A stretch of DNA of 32,000 bases from Candidatus Brocadiaceae bacterium (GTDB lineage: Bacteria; Planctomycetota; Brocadiia; Brocadiales; Brocadiaceae): contig JALDQZ010000012.1 of assembly GCA_031316145.1 (NCBI GenBank), forward strand, positions 1 through 32,000. Direction: 5' to 3'. A model generated the notes under the pieces. It was not told the DNA's origin and ran no database searches. It saw nothing but the letters and a program-made list of their open reading frames with translations. The translations under genes and the position numbers were made by a program. Shown here piece after piece: positions 15,757 through 23,981 of the stretch (positions are counted from its first letter, which is position 1; each line of letters opens with the position of its first letter).

Positions 15757-16684
15757 TATATGGAGCCTTTGTCACAAATCGTACGAGAATAAGGGTCGCG
15801 AGTAAAAGACACCAGCTGAGCATGCCGGTGACTATTTCGTTGTCGCCAAAAAACCAATGCGGTTTTTTATAAACATCGTCAAAAAAGAATTTATTTGACT
15901 TAAGGAGAAAAATCCAGCCGGCATGAAGCCCTATGGAACAATACAGGGATTGTGTTCTCAGAAAGGCATAGGATAGAACAATGCCAGCGCAGAATAGTCC
16001 GATAACGGAAGGTAAAATAGTGGTAAATTTCAGGATAATCGATGCAAATGAATGATACACAACCACAAAACCAACAAAAGGTTGTATGCCAGGAGCTACC
16101 GGTAATTTCGCACTGAAGAAGTGCAGGAAAGAATACATAAGGCTACTGATGCAAATTGCGGGCATTACTTTCATATCTCTCAACAGATTTTGAAAGATAA
16201 AGCCCCGAAAAAAAACTTCTTCAATGCATGCGACAAGGCCAGCGACCATCATTATTTCTAAAAGATGAAATAGTATGTTTCCAAAAGACTTAAGATCCGT
16301 TTCCAGTTTCTGTGTGCCACTAATGTATAAGGCGATTATACAGAAAATAAACATGCCCGTGCTCAAGAAAATGCCTGTTTTGAGCTGGTCTAGCCACCCT
16401 TTTATCGGTTTTATTCCAATAGCGGCAAGGGTGTCAACCACAAAGGACTTTCTTAAGAAAAAAATTAAAAAAAGAGCGGTAAGCAGCATAATCCGGCGCA
16501 TAACCCTCGCAAAATTATACTGTCCTTCTTCATAATGGAGTATATCAGCCAGAGAAGAGCTTGTGGATAGCAGTGAGTCAAGAACGGCCTTAATAAAAGG
16601 CGCAATAAGGCTGCTCAAAAACAAGACAAGAAAGAATAAAAGGAAGATTTTCTTGTAGTGTCTTGTCGTATTGAATGGGTTCAT
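15728..16684 (-). CDS. CPBP (CAAX/Abi) family intramembrane glutamic endopeptidase
   Basis: Polytopic membrane protein. Motifs IEEVFFRGFIF, YSFLHF and GLHAGW. I prefer the start at 16684 because a near-consensus promoter ends 7 nt upstream of it. The track ORF extends to 16837. Confidence 0.65.
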   Translation of the reverse strand: MNPFNTTRHYKKIFLLFFLVLFLSSLIAPFIKAVLDSLLSTSSSLADILHYEEGQYNFARVMRRIMLLTALFLIFFLRKSFVVDTLAAIGIKPIKGWLDQLKTGIFLSTGMFIFCIIALYISGTQKLETDLKSFGNILFHLLEIMMVAGLVACIEEVFFRGFIFQNLLRDMKVMPAICISSLMYSFLHFFSAKLPVAPGIQPFVGFVVVYHSFASIILKFTTILPSVIGLFCAGIVLSYAFLRTQSLYCSIGLHAGWIFLLKSNKFFFDDVYKKPHWFFGDNEIVTGMLSWCLLLATLILVRFVTKAPYNGKIITGTR

Positions 16685-16691
16685 GATGGAG

Positions 16692-16720
16692 ATAATAGTG
16701 CTGTTAAAAGAAGTTGTCAA
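16692..16720 (-). promoter_or_regulatory. Sigma-70-type promoter (TTGACA-17 bp-TATTAT) for the CPBP-lpxD-lpxI operon, possibly leaderless
   Basis: The minus strand reads TTGACA acttcttttaacagcac TATTAT ctccatc ATG. The -10 hexamer ends 7 nt before the ATG at 16684. Confidence 0.5.
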
Positions 16721-16863
16721 CTGAAAATCTGTTTTATAACAAGAACTAATGTTTACAAGAGATGCGTTACATAAGAGTAGAGAGAAAAGAAGGATTATTT
16801 TTGTTGGTTTCCTGTAAATAGGCCTGCTTTCTGCCATTGCGAACTACGGCATATTTATATTTG

Positions 16864-16892
16864 TTGACTGTATTTCGGTATTGAGCTATAGT
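16864..16892 (+). promoter_or_regulatory. Sigma-70-type promoter (TTGACT-17 bp-TATAGT) upstream of argH
   Basis: TTGACT at 16864-16869, a 17-bp spacer, and TATAGT at 16887-16892. It lies 66 bp upstream of the argH ATG. Confidence 0.5.
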
Positions 16893-16957
16893 ATTTCATC
16901 TTTTAAGACAATAAACAGGGTAAAAAACGGTTTGTAACAAGGAAAAGGACGAAGACT

Positions 16958-18367
16958 ATGAAACAAAAAAAATTGTGGGGCGGAAGGTTTACAAAACAGA
17001 CGAAACCTTCGGTGGAGTCCTTTACCGAATCAATTTCATTTGATTGGAAACTTTTTCAATATGATATTGAAGGGAGTATTTCTCATGCGACCATGCTTGC
17101 TAAATGCAATCTTATTACGGACAGGGAAAAAAATGCGATTGTTAAAGGTTTAAAAAAAATTCTTGCTGAAATTCATGAAGAATGTTTTGAGTTTAAAAAA
17201 TCACTGGAAGACATTCATATGAATATAGAATCCTCTTTGATTGAGCGGATTGGTGACGCTGGCAAAAAGCTGCATACTGCACGAAGCAGAAATGATCAAA
17301 TAGCCCTTGATTTGCGATTATGGATACGTGACAATATAGAAATAATAGTAGCCCTTTTAATAGCCTTACAAAGTGGATTGGTAAGAAAGGGAAAAGAGTG
17401 TATAGACGTAATTATGCCCGGTTTTACCCATCTTCAACATGCTCAGCCAGTTCTTCTGTCTCATTATTTACTTGCATACGTAGAGATGTTGGAACGGGAC
17501 AAGGCGAGACTGCACGATTGTTCTGTCCGGCTGAACAGTTCACCTCTTGGAGCTTGTGCGCTTGCAGGGACAACACTTCCGACTGATCCGTTGTTTACCG
17601 CAAAATTACTTGGTTTTCATGGGGTTTGTCAAAACAGCATAGATGCTGTGAGTGACAGGGACTTTTGCCTGGAGTTCGTGTTTTGTCTTTCCCTGATAGC
17701 CATGCACCTGTCTCGCCTTTGTGAGGAATGGATTATCTGGTGTAATGATGATGTGAAATTCGTTGAGATCAGTGACGCATATTGCACTGGATCAAGTATC
17801 ATGCCGCAAAAAAAGAATCCTGATATACTTGAATTAATTCGTGGAAAGTGTGGTCGGGTATATGGAAACTTGACGACTTTACTTAGCTTATTTAAAGGGT
17901 TACCGTTAAGCTATAACCGGGATATGCAGGAAGATAAGGTCGCGTTATTTGACGCAACGGATACAGTACTAACTTCCTTGACAATTCTAACGGAACTTGT
18001 GTTGCATACAACATTTCAGGAAGAGCGAATGAGGGAGGCTTGTGAAAAGGGGTTTGTTGACGCTACCTCATTAGCTGAGTATCTGGTTAAAAAAGGGGTT
18101 CCTTTCCGTGTGGCCCATGAGATAGTAGGAAATATTGTTCGGGAATGCATAAAAATCCAATGTAAACTGGAAGACCTGTCGCCGGAGGATTTCAAAAAAT
18201 TTTCTTCTCATATAGAAAAAGATGTGTACAGAGTGCTTGGAATAAAAAACTGTATTAATCAGTATAGAAGTTACGGTTCTACTGCACCAAAGTTTGTTAA
18301 AAAACGTATTGTCTATTGGGGGAAAAAGTTACAAAAAGAAAAAGGATTGAAAAATCCTTCTGGTTGA
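16958..18367 (+). CDS. argH: Argininosuccinate lyase
   Basis: N-terminal KLWGGRFTK, fumarate-lyase signature GSSIMPQKKNPD, and typical length. Confidence 0.95.
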   Translation: MKQKKLWGGRFTKQTKPSVESFTESISFDWKLFQYDIEGSISHATMLAKCNLITDREKNAIVKGLKKILAEIHEECFEFKKSLEDIHMNIESSLIERIGDAGKKLHTARSRNDQIALDLRLWIRDNIEIIVALLIALQSGLVRKGKECIDVIMPGFTHLQHAQPVLLSHYLLAYVEMLERDKARLHDCSVRLNSSPLGACALAGTTLPTDPLFTAKLLGFHGVCQNSIDAVSDRDFCLEFVFCLSLIAMHLSRLCEEWIIWCNDDVKFVEISDAYCTGSSIMPQKKNPDILELIRGKCGRVYGNLTTLLSLFKGLPLSYNRDMQEDKVALFDATDTVLTSLTILTELVLHTTFQEERMREACEKGFVDATSLAEYLVKKGVPFRVAHEIVGNIVRECIKIQCKLEDLSPEDFKKFSSHIEKDVYRVLGIKNCINQYRSYGSTAPKFVKKRIVYWGKKLQKEKGLKNPSG

Positions 18368-18481
18368 GAAAGTGCTGAATGGGAGTTCGGGTGAAGAAAG
18401 AGCTGGTAAACGATTTCTGTTTTTAGCATGGTGATGTGGAATCGTACATTTTAGACAAAAAACTTCGTGGACAAATAAAAA

Positions 18482-19771
18482 ATGGATACGTTTGAGTATA
18501 GAAATAAAATGCTTTTTTGCGAGAAGGCACGAATAGATAAAATAATTTCAGAGGTAGGCTCGCCAGCCTATGTTTACAGTAAAAAAGCAATTTTAGCAAA
18601 TTACAATGAGTTAAAGACAGCATTTCAGGATTTTAATACCTTAATATGTTTTTCCGTAAAATCCAATTCGAATCTTTCCATTTGCAGGATTTTGGCAGAG
18701 GAAGAATCGGGGTTTGATGTTGTTTCCGGAGGAGAATTGTTTCGGGTCATGAGCGCCGGGGGTGATCCTTCAAAGGTGGTATTTGCAGGAATAGGGAAAA
18801 CGGGGGCCGAAATACGATATGCCCTGGAAAACGATATCTTTATGTTTAATGTGGAGTCTCTGGCAGAGGTCGAACACATTAACACTCTAGCGGCAGAAAT
18901 GAACAAAAGGCCGAATCTATCTTTGCGAATTAATCCGGACGTTGATGCAAAAACCCACGCGAAGACTACGACAGGGAAAAAGGAGAATAAATTCGGTATT
19001 GATTTTGATACCGCTGACAAAATTTTGAAAAATTCTGCTAAGTTTTCCGATGTTGATATATGTGGTTTGCATGTACATTTGGGTTCTCCTATTTATACAA
19101 CTGCCCCATATGTGGGAGCGCTTAAAAAGGTCCTGAAATTTATTCAGAAGCACAGGGATGCCGGCATAGACATTGAGTATTTGAATATTGGTGGAGGATA
19201 TTGCGTTTCTTATACGGGGGAAAAAGTCATTCGTCCAAAAGAGTATGTGGCAGATATGTTCCCATTTTTACAAGAGGTGCATTGTAATCTGATCCTGGAA
19301 CCAGGCCGGTTCATTGTCGGTAATGCCGGGATTTTAGTTACAAGTGTGTTGTACAGAAAAGAGACTCTGCATGGGAAAAAGTTCGTTATTTGTGATGCGG
19401 CAATGAATGATTTATTGCGCCCCTGTTTGTATGATGCTTTTCACAGGATATGGCCGGTAAATTCTGGTATCAAAATGCCGGATGCGGAAAATCCTGAAGA
19501 AACTACGGTAAGAAAAGGTATGGATCTGGTTGATATTGTCGGTCCTGTCTGTGAAAGCAGCGATGTTTTTGCAAAAAAGAGAAACTTGCCTCGAGTAAGG
19601 CAAGGGGATCTCTTGGCGATCTTTAGTGCGGGTGCCTATGGGTTCACGATGAGTTCCAATTACAATTCTCGTCCACGTCCTTGCGAAGTCTTGGTGGATG
19701 GAGACCGGTTTCAAGTAATCAGAAAACGGGAAACATATAAGGATTTAATTAAGGGAGAGGTTCTTTCTTAG
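18482..19771 (+). CDS. lysA: Diaminopimelate decarboxylase
   Basis: PLP-dependent Orn/DAP/Arg decarboxylase fold. FSVKSNSNLSICRILAEEESGFDVVSGGEL, EPGRFIVGNAG and CESSDVF are typical of LysA. Confidence 0.88.
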   Translation: MDTFEYRNKMLFCEKARIDKIISEVGSPAYVYSKKAILANYNELKTAFQDFNTLICFSVKSNSNLSICRILAEEESGFDVVSGGELFRVMSAGGDPSKVVFAGIGKTGAEIRYALENDIFMFNVESLAEVEHINTLAAEMNKRPNLSLRINPDVDAKTHAKTTTGKKENKFGIDFDTADKILKNSAKFSDVDICGLHVHLGSPIYTTAPYVGALKKVLKFIQKHRDAGIDIEYLNIGGGYCVSYTGEKVIRPKEYVADMFPFLQEVHCNLILEPGRFIVGNAGILVTSVLYRKETLHGKKFVICDAAMNDLLRPCLYDAFHRIWPVNSGIKMPDAENPEETTVRKGMDLVDIVGPVCESSDVFAKKRNLPRVRQGDLLAIFSAGAYGFTMSSNYNSRPRPCEVLVDGDRFQVIRKRETYKDLIKGEVLS

Positions 19772-19783
19772 TCTGGGAATGAA

Positions 19784-20422
19784 ATGGCAAAATATTATCC
19801 AATATATCTACACATTAGAGACAAGAAATGCGTGGTGGTAGGGGGCGGAAAGGTTGCATGGCGCAAGGTATGCAGTTTAAGAGAGGCAGGAGCAAGGGTA
19901 ACGGTCGTGGCTCCTGATATATGTGCTGAGCTGAGTCGGGAGGAAGGGGTTGAAATCATAAAACAGAAGTATGATGAATCATTTCTTAAAGAGGCGATGA
20001 TTGTCATCGCTTCAACAGATGATGAACAGGTGAATACAACCGTTTATTCTGATGCAATGAAAAGAGGCTTATTGGTCAATGTTGTTGACAGACCGGAATT
20101 TTGTTCTTTTATCGTTCCTTCCTCAATAGAACGGGGTGACCTTAGAATTAGTATTTCAACGGGAGGGGCGAGCCCTGCCCTGGCGAGGAATATACGCAAA
20201 TCTTTGGAAGGGCAGTTTGGGAAAGAATATTGCGAGTTTACAAGGCTTTTATCAGAGATGCGAAAAAAGGTTCTTGTAGAAGTACGGAATGAATCAATAA
20301 GACGAGATATTCTGCAGCGAATAGCAGGGTTGGATTTTCTGGAGGTTATAAAAAAAGATGGTCCCGACGTAGCACAACGAAGGATGTTAGATGTTATTTC
20401 TGAGAAATGTCCCAAAGAATAA
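19784..20422 (+). CDS. sirC: Precorrin-2 dehydrogenase / sirohydrochlorin ferrochelatase (CysG N-terminal / SirC-like)
   Basis: NAD-binding VVVGGGKVAWRKVCSLREAGARVTVVAP. Also ISISTGGASPALARNIRKSLE. Confidence 0.8.
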   Translation: MAKYYPIYLHIRDKKCVVVGGGKVAWRKVCSLREAGARVTVVAPDICAELSREEGVEIIKQKYDESFLKEAMIVIASTDDEQVNTTVYSDAMKRGLLVNVVDRPEFCSFIVPSSIERGDLRISISTGGASPALARNIRKSLEGQFGKEYCEFTRLLSEMRKKVLVEVRNESIRRDILQRIAGLDFLEVIKKDGPDVAQRRMLDVISEKCPKE

Positions 20423-20457
20423 ACCAGGTATAGTGGTATCCTTGTTTTCATTTTTGC

Positions 20458-20486
20458 TTGCAAGAATTTTTGTGAAGTGATACTAT
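20458..20486 (+). promoter_or_regulatory. Candidate sigma-70-type promoter (TTGCAA-17 bp-TACTAT) for the sulfur cluster
   Basis: Hexamers at 20458-20463 and 20481-20486, with the -10 hexamer ending 108 bp upstream of the ATG at 20595. Confidence 0.35.
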
Positions 20487-20594
20487 TAAAATGGATAGAA
20501 TAATGGGTGTTCATTTTTATGTATGTGCCTATTTTTTTAGTGGTTACTCACGATACGTCGTTAAGGAATGGTTCTAAATTATATTGGAGTATAA

Positions 20595-21485
20595 ATGGCT
20601 GAAAAGAGTGTAAAACAAAGAATAGATTTTGGGGAATTAAAATCCGGCGGTTTTATAAAGCAGACACAAAAAGACCTGTTTACCGTCCGGTTAAAAGTGC
20701 CTGGTGGGCGTATTACGCCAGAGAGAATGACAAAGATTGCTGAAGTTGCAAAAAAATATAGTCGGCTTGGGTATTGTCACCTGAGTTTCAGGCAGTCTGT
20801 TGAAATTATTGGTGTCCATATTGATGATTTTGATGCTGTTGTGAAGGAGCTTGCTGAGGTAGGGCAGAAAGTCGCTTCTTGTGGTCCCAGGGTAAGAGTG
20901 CCTACGGCATGCGGGGGATGTGAATACAATCCCAATGGAATTATGGATACACAATCTAAGGCGTTGGAGGTTGATGAGAAATTTTTTGGCACACCATGTC
21001 CTCACAAATTTAAGATAGGATTTTCCGGATGTCCCATTGATTGTACAAGAAGCAGAGAATCTGATTTGGGGTTTCAAGGTGTGGTGTATCCGGTATGGAC
21101 TGAGGATTTATGCAATGGTTGTACCCTGTGTGCTAAGGCATGTGCAGAGGGTGCGATAGTATCCGATACAGAAGGAAAACCTGTGTTTGACGAGTCGAAG
21201 TGTGTGTATTGCGGCGACTGCATCAGGGCATGCCCTACAGATGCATGGAGGGACAAAGTAAAAGGATGGCTGGTACGGGTAGGGGGAAAACATGGAAGAC
21301 ATCCGCGTGAAGCTGACCAGGTACTCAACTTTTTACCCGATGATAAAGTAAATGATTTTGTCGATGCAACGGTAAAGTGGTACAAGGAAAACGGGAAGCC
21401 AAAAGAGAGAATCGGCACCTGTATAGATCGCGTTGGTCTGGACAAATTTAAAAAAGAAGTTGTTGCTACATTAACAGACAATTGA
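20595..21485 (+). CDS. Small sulfite/nitrite reductase-like siroheme-[4Fe-4S] protein with inserted 2x[4Fe-4S] ferredoxin domain (Dsr-like protein)
   Basis: NiR/SiR ferredoxin-like half domain (VRLKVPGGRITPERM). Siroheme-cluster Cys motifs TACGGCEYNPNG and GFSGCPIDC. Ferredoxin motifs CNGCTLCAKAC and CVYCGDCIRACP. Confidence 0.65.
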   Translation: MAEKSVKQRIDFGELKSGGFIKQTQKDLFTVRLKVPGGRITPERMTKIAEVAKKYSRLGYCHLSFRQSVEIIGVHIDDFDAVVKELAEVGQKVASCGPRVRVPTACGGCEYNPNGIMDTQSKALEVDEKFFGTPCPHKFKIGFSGCPIDCTRSRESDLGFQGVVYPVWTEDLCNGCTLCAKACAEGAIVSDTEGKPVFDESKCVYCGDCIRACPTDAWRDKVKGWLVRVGGKHGRHPREADQVLNFLPDDKVNDFVDATVKWYKENGKPKERIGTCIDRVGLDKFKKEVVATLTDN

Positions 21486-21497
21486 TTGGGGAATCAG

Positions 21498-21917
21498 GTG
21501 AGGGATAAAAAAAAATTTGTTATATTTGCCCATAGTGGGACCTATGATAAGCTCTATCAAATCATAACGCTGGCTATTACAGCTGCCTCATCCGGAAGAG
21601 AAACACATATTTTCCTTTTCTTTTGGGCCTTGAAAAAGTTTGTAAACGAAGAATTTGACGTTACAAGGCTTTCTTTTGAATTTGGTGAAGAAGGTGAATG
21701 CCTGGCCAAGCATATGCAGAAGCTCAATCCTGTATCTCTCAAAGAAATATTTCAAGAGGTGAGAGGTTTGGGGAATTTAAAAGTTTATGCCTGTACAGCT
21801 GCAGTAAAACTTATGGGTTTGGATGAAACCGTTGTAAAATCAAAAGTGGATGATATTCTTGGTTTGACAACCCTGTTGGAAATAGCAGAGGGGGCGGAAA
21901 CTCAGTTGTTTATATGA
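21498..21917 (+). CDS. DsrE/DsrF-like sulfur-relay family protein
   Basis: KKFVIFAHSGTYDKLYQ...VYACTAAVKLMGL with a conserved Cys. I prefer the GTG at 21498 (gggg 6 nt upstream). The track ORF starts at TTG 21486. Confidence 0.6.
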   Translation: MRDKKKFVIFAHSGTYDKLYQIITLAITAASSGRETHIFLFFWALKKFVNEEFDVTRLSFEFGEEGECLAKHMQKLNPVSLKEIFQEVRGLGNLKVYACTAAVKLMGLDETVVKSKVDDILGLTTLLEIAEGAETQLFI

Positions 21918-21935
21918 GAACTGAGGGTTGATACT

Positions 21936-22883
21936 TTGACAAACGTTGCAATGAAAAATAGAGCACGTCTAACGAAGGATGCCTTTAGGGGTTCAGTTTT
22001 GCATACGGTAGGGAATACCCCGCTCATCAGAATACGCAGGCTTACAAAGGGGGTGGGGAATAAGGGCGTAAACGTCTATGCAAAGGCAGAATGGTTTAAT
22101 CCGGGAGGGTCTATAAAGGACCGTGCGGCCTTACGCATTATTGAAGATGCTGAAAAGGCAGGTGGATTAACTCGCGGGAAAACTATTATTGACTCAACAT
22201 CGGGAAACACGGGCATTGCTTATGCCATGATTGGTGCGGTAAAAGGATATGACATTACTTTGGTGATGCCTTTGAATGTCAGTGAGGAACGCAAAAGGAT
22301 TGTACGTGCTTTTGGAGCGAAAGTCATCTTTTCAGATCCGATGCTGGGGTCAGACGGTGCAATGGCGGAAGCGAAGCGGATGGTAAAAGAAAATCCATCG
22401 AAGTATTTTTATGCCGATCAGTATAATAATCCTGCGAATTGGATGGCTCATTATACCACTACGGGTGTTGAAATATGGAAACAAACGGCAGGAAAAGTAA
22501 CACATTTTATTGCATGCCTTGGTACGAGTGGCACTTTTATGGGTACGGGGAGGCGTCTGAAGGATTATAATTCAGACATACAGCTAATATCTGTTGAGCC
22601 TTCTACTCCAATGCATGGATTGGAAGGGATGAAGCATATGGCTTCATCAGTGGTTCCTGGTATTTATGATGGAGAGTATGCGGATAGAAAGATGACCGTG
22701 CAGACGGAAGATGCATATGCGATTGTAAAAAGACTTGCGGTAGAGGAAGGTTTTTTTGTCGGTTATTCTTCGGGTGCCGCGCTTGCGGCTTCCTTGAAGC
22801 TTGCAAATGAAATTGAGCAGGGATTGATTGTTACGGTTTTCCCCGATAGAGGTGACCGGTATCTCAGTACCCGTTTTTGGTAA
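21936..22883 (+). CDS. cysM: PLP-dependent cysteine synthase (CysM/CysK family)
   Basis: GNTPLIRI, NPGGSIKDRAA (PLP Lys) and SSGNTGIAYA. A gaggg RBS lies 8 nt upstream of the TTG at 21936. Confidence 0.85.
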   Translation: MTNVAMKNRARLTKDAFRGSVLHTVGNTPLIRIRRLTKGVGNKGVNVYAKAEWFNPGGSIKDRAALRIIEDAEKAGGLTRGKTIIDSTSGNTGIAYAMIGAVKGYDITLVMPLNVSEERKRIVRAFGAKVIFSDPMLGSDGAMAEAKRMVKENPSKYFYADQYNNPANWMAHYTTTGVEIWKQTAGKVTHFIACLGTSGTFMGTGRRLKDYNSDIQLISVEPSTPMHGLEGMKHMASSVVPGIYDGEYADRKMTVQTEDAYAIVKRLAVEEGFFVGYSSGAALAASLKLANEIEQGLIVTVFPDRGDRYLSTRFW

Positions 22884-22919
22884 TGAACCGGATTGTAGAA
22901 CATTTGAGGTGTTTGTGCT

Positions 22920-23339
22920 GTGTTATCTATTGGAAAAGATGTGATTCGAGAGATAAAAAAAGAGGTAAAAAAAAATTATCCGTTCGAATGTTGTGGGTTG
23001 CTCATCGGAACAAACACCTCGGAAAAGCGTGTAGTTGAAGTGCGGCCGGTACAAAACAAGAATACAAAAAGAACGCATGATCGCTATGAAATAGACGGTA
23101 GAACATTTGATAAGGTAGATAAGGAAGCGAAAAAGAAGGGCCTTCAAATAATAGGCATTTATCACTCGCATCCAGATCATCCGGCTATCCCTTCTGAATT
23201 TGATACAGAGAACGCCTGGAGTGTATATTCTTATCTCATTGCTTCCAGAGAAAAAGGGAAGAAAATTGATATAAGGTCATGGGTATTCGATGAAGTAGAG
23301 AGAAAGTTTGAAGAAGAGGAAATACGTTATATAGAGTAA
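22920..23339 (+). CDS. JAMM/MPN+ zinc metalloprotease (Mec+-like)
   Basis: ECCGLLIG (catalytic Glu) and an exact JAMM motif HSHPDHPAIPSEFD (HxHx7SxxD). GTG start with a gaggtg RBS. Confidence 0.85.
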   Translation: MLSIGKDVIREIKKEVKKNYPFECCGLLIGTNTSEKRVVEVRPVQNKNTKRTHDRYEIDGRTFDKVDKEAKKKGLQIIGIYHSHPDHPAIPSEFDTENAWSVYSYLIASREKGKKIDIRSWVFDEVERKFEEEEIRYIE

Positions 23340-23442
23340 CGTTCGGTAATATCTCGGTATTGACAAAGAAGAAGATTGTTTGTGAATCTATGCGAAACAG
23401 GCTCTATGTATGATCATAAAAACTGAACAGAGGAGTTGTCAC

Positions 23443-23688
23443 GTGGCTGAGGAAGAAAAAATTTGTCCGGATGATAAAATTGATTTGCGGGGAGTACTTT
23501 GTCCTATTAATTTTGTAAAAACGAAATTAAAATTAGAGATGCTGGATTCAGGGCAGGTTTTAGAAGTGATTTTAGATGATGGTGAGCCGATGAGAAGTGT
23601 CCCGAAAAGTGTCAAAGAGGAAGGGCATAAAATCATAAAAGTCGAGAATATGGGAACTGCTTACCGCATACTGATAAAAAAAACATAA
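23443..23688 (+). CDS. TusA/SirA-like sulfurtransferase
   Basis: DLRGVLCPINFVKTKLKLEML (CPxP-type active-site Cys, here CPIN) and VILDDGEPMRSVPKSVKEEGH. The GTG at 23443 has a gaggag RBS 7 nt upstream. The alternative ATG at 23410 lacks one. Confidence 0.7.
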   Translation: MAEEEKICPDDKIDLRGVLCPINFVKTKLKLEMLDSGQVLEVILDDGEPMRSVPKSVKEEGHKIIKVENMGTAYRILIKKT

Positions 23689-23714
23689 AAACCTTGAAAT
23701 CAGACAAAATATAC

Positions 23715-23743
23715 TTGACTTTTTTCTTCGTAAATTATACTAT
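23715..23743 (+). promoter_or_regulatory. Candidate sigma-70-type promoter (TTGACT-17 bp-TACTAT) for the Rieske/cyt b operon
   Basis: TTGACT at 23715-23720 and TACTAT at 23738-23743 (alternatively TATACT with a 15-bp spacer). It would give a leader of about 230 nt that contains the tandem repeat. Confidence 0.3.
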
Positions 23744-23860
23744 TCGACCGTTTCGAGAAAACTATAGGTGTCTGATGATTGTTTTCTTTGAAAATTTTTT
23801 AAAGAAAAGAGCGTAATGCATTGTGCTCATTTGAGTTGGTGGGTTTTATAATTCAAGGAT

Positions 23861-23928
23861 GATGTATTGCTTTTATACCATTTTCACATACATTGATGTA
23901 TTGCTTTTATACCATTTTCACATACATT
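23861..23928. repeat. Perfect 34-bp tandem duplication (2 copies)
   Basis: gatgtattgcttttataccattttcacatacatt occurs at 23861-23894 and again at 23895-23928. Each unit has inverted ends (atgtat / atacat). It lies 54 bp upstream of the Rieske ATG. Confidence 0.95.
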
Positions 23929-23981
23929 ATAGAATTTAAGGAAATTGAAAATATAGAAGTTTTTTCAGGCAGGAGGTTATT

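Noticed and set aside
16685-16837. 51-codon N-terminal extension of the CPBP protease ORF.
   Set aside because: A near-consensus TTGACA-17-TATTAT promoter lies within it and ends 7 nt before the internal ATG at 16684. The extension is not typical of the family. I could be wrong if the promoter is fortuitous.
20044-20514. 156-aa minus-strand ORF.
   Set aside because: It is antisense to the SirC-like gene, which has a clear NAD-binding motif. There is no independent support for it. Most other short antisense ORFs in the track (for example 1641-2363, 5315-5728, 25143-26284) were rejected for the same reason.
23861-23928. The 34-bp repeats as a mini CRISPR array.
   Set aside because: There are only two copies, directly abutting with no spacer, and no cas genes are in the window.
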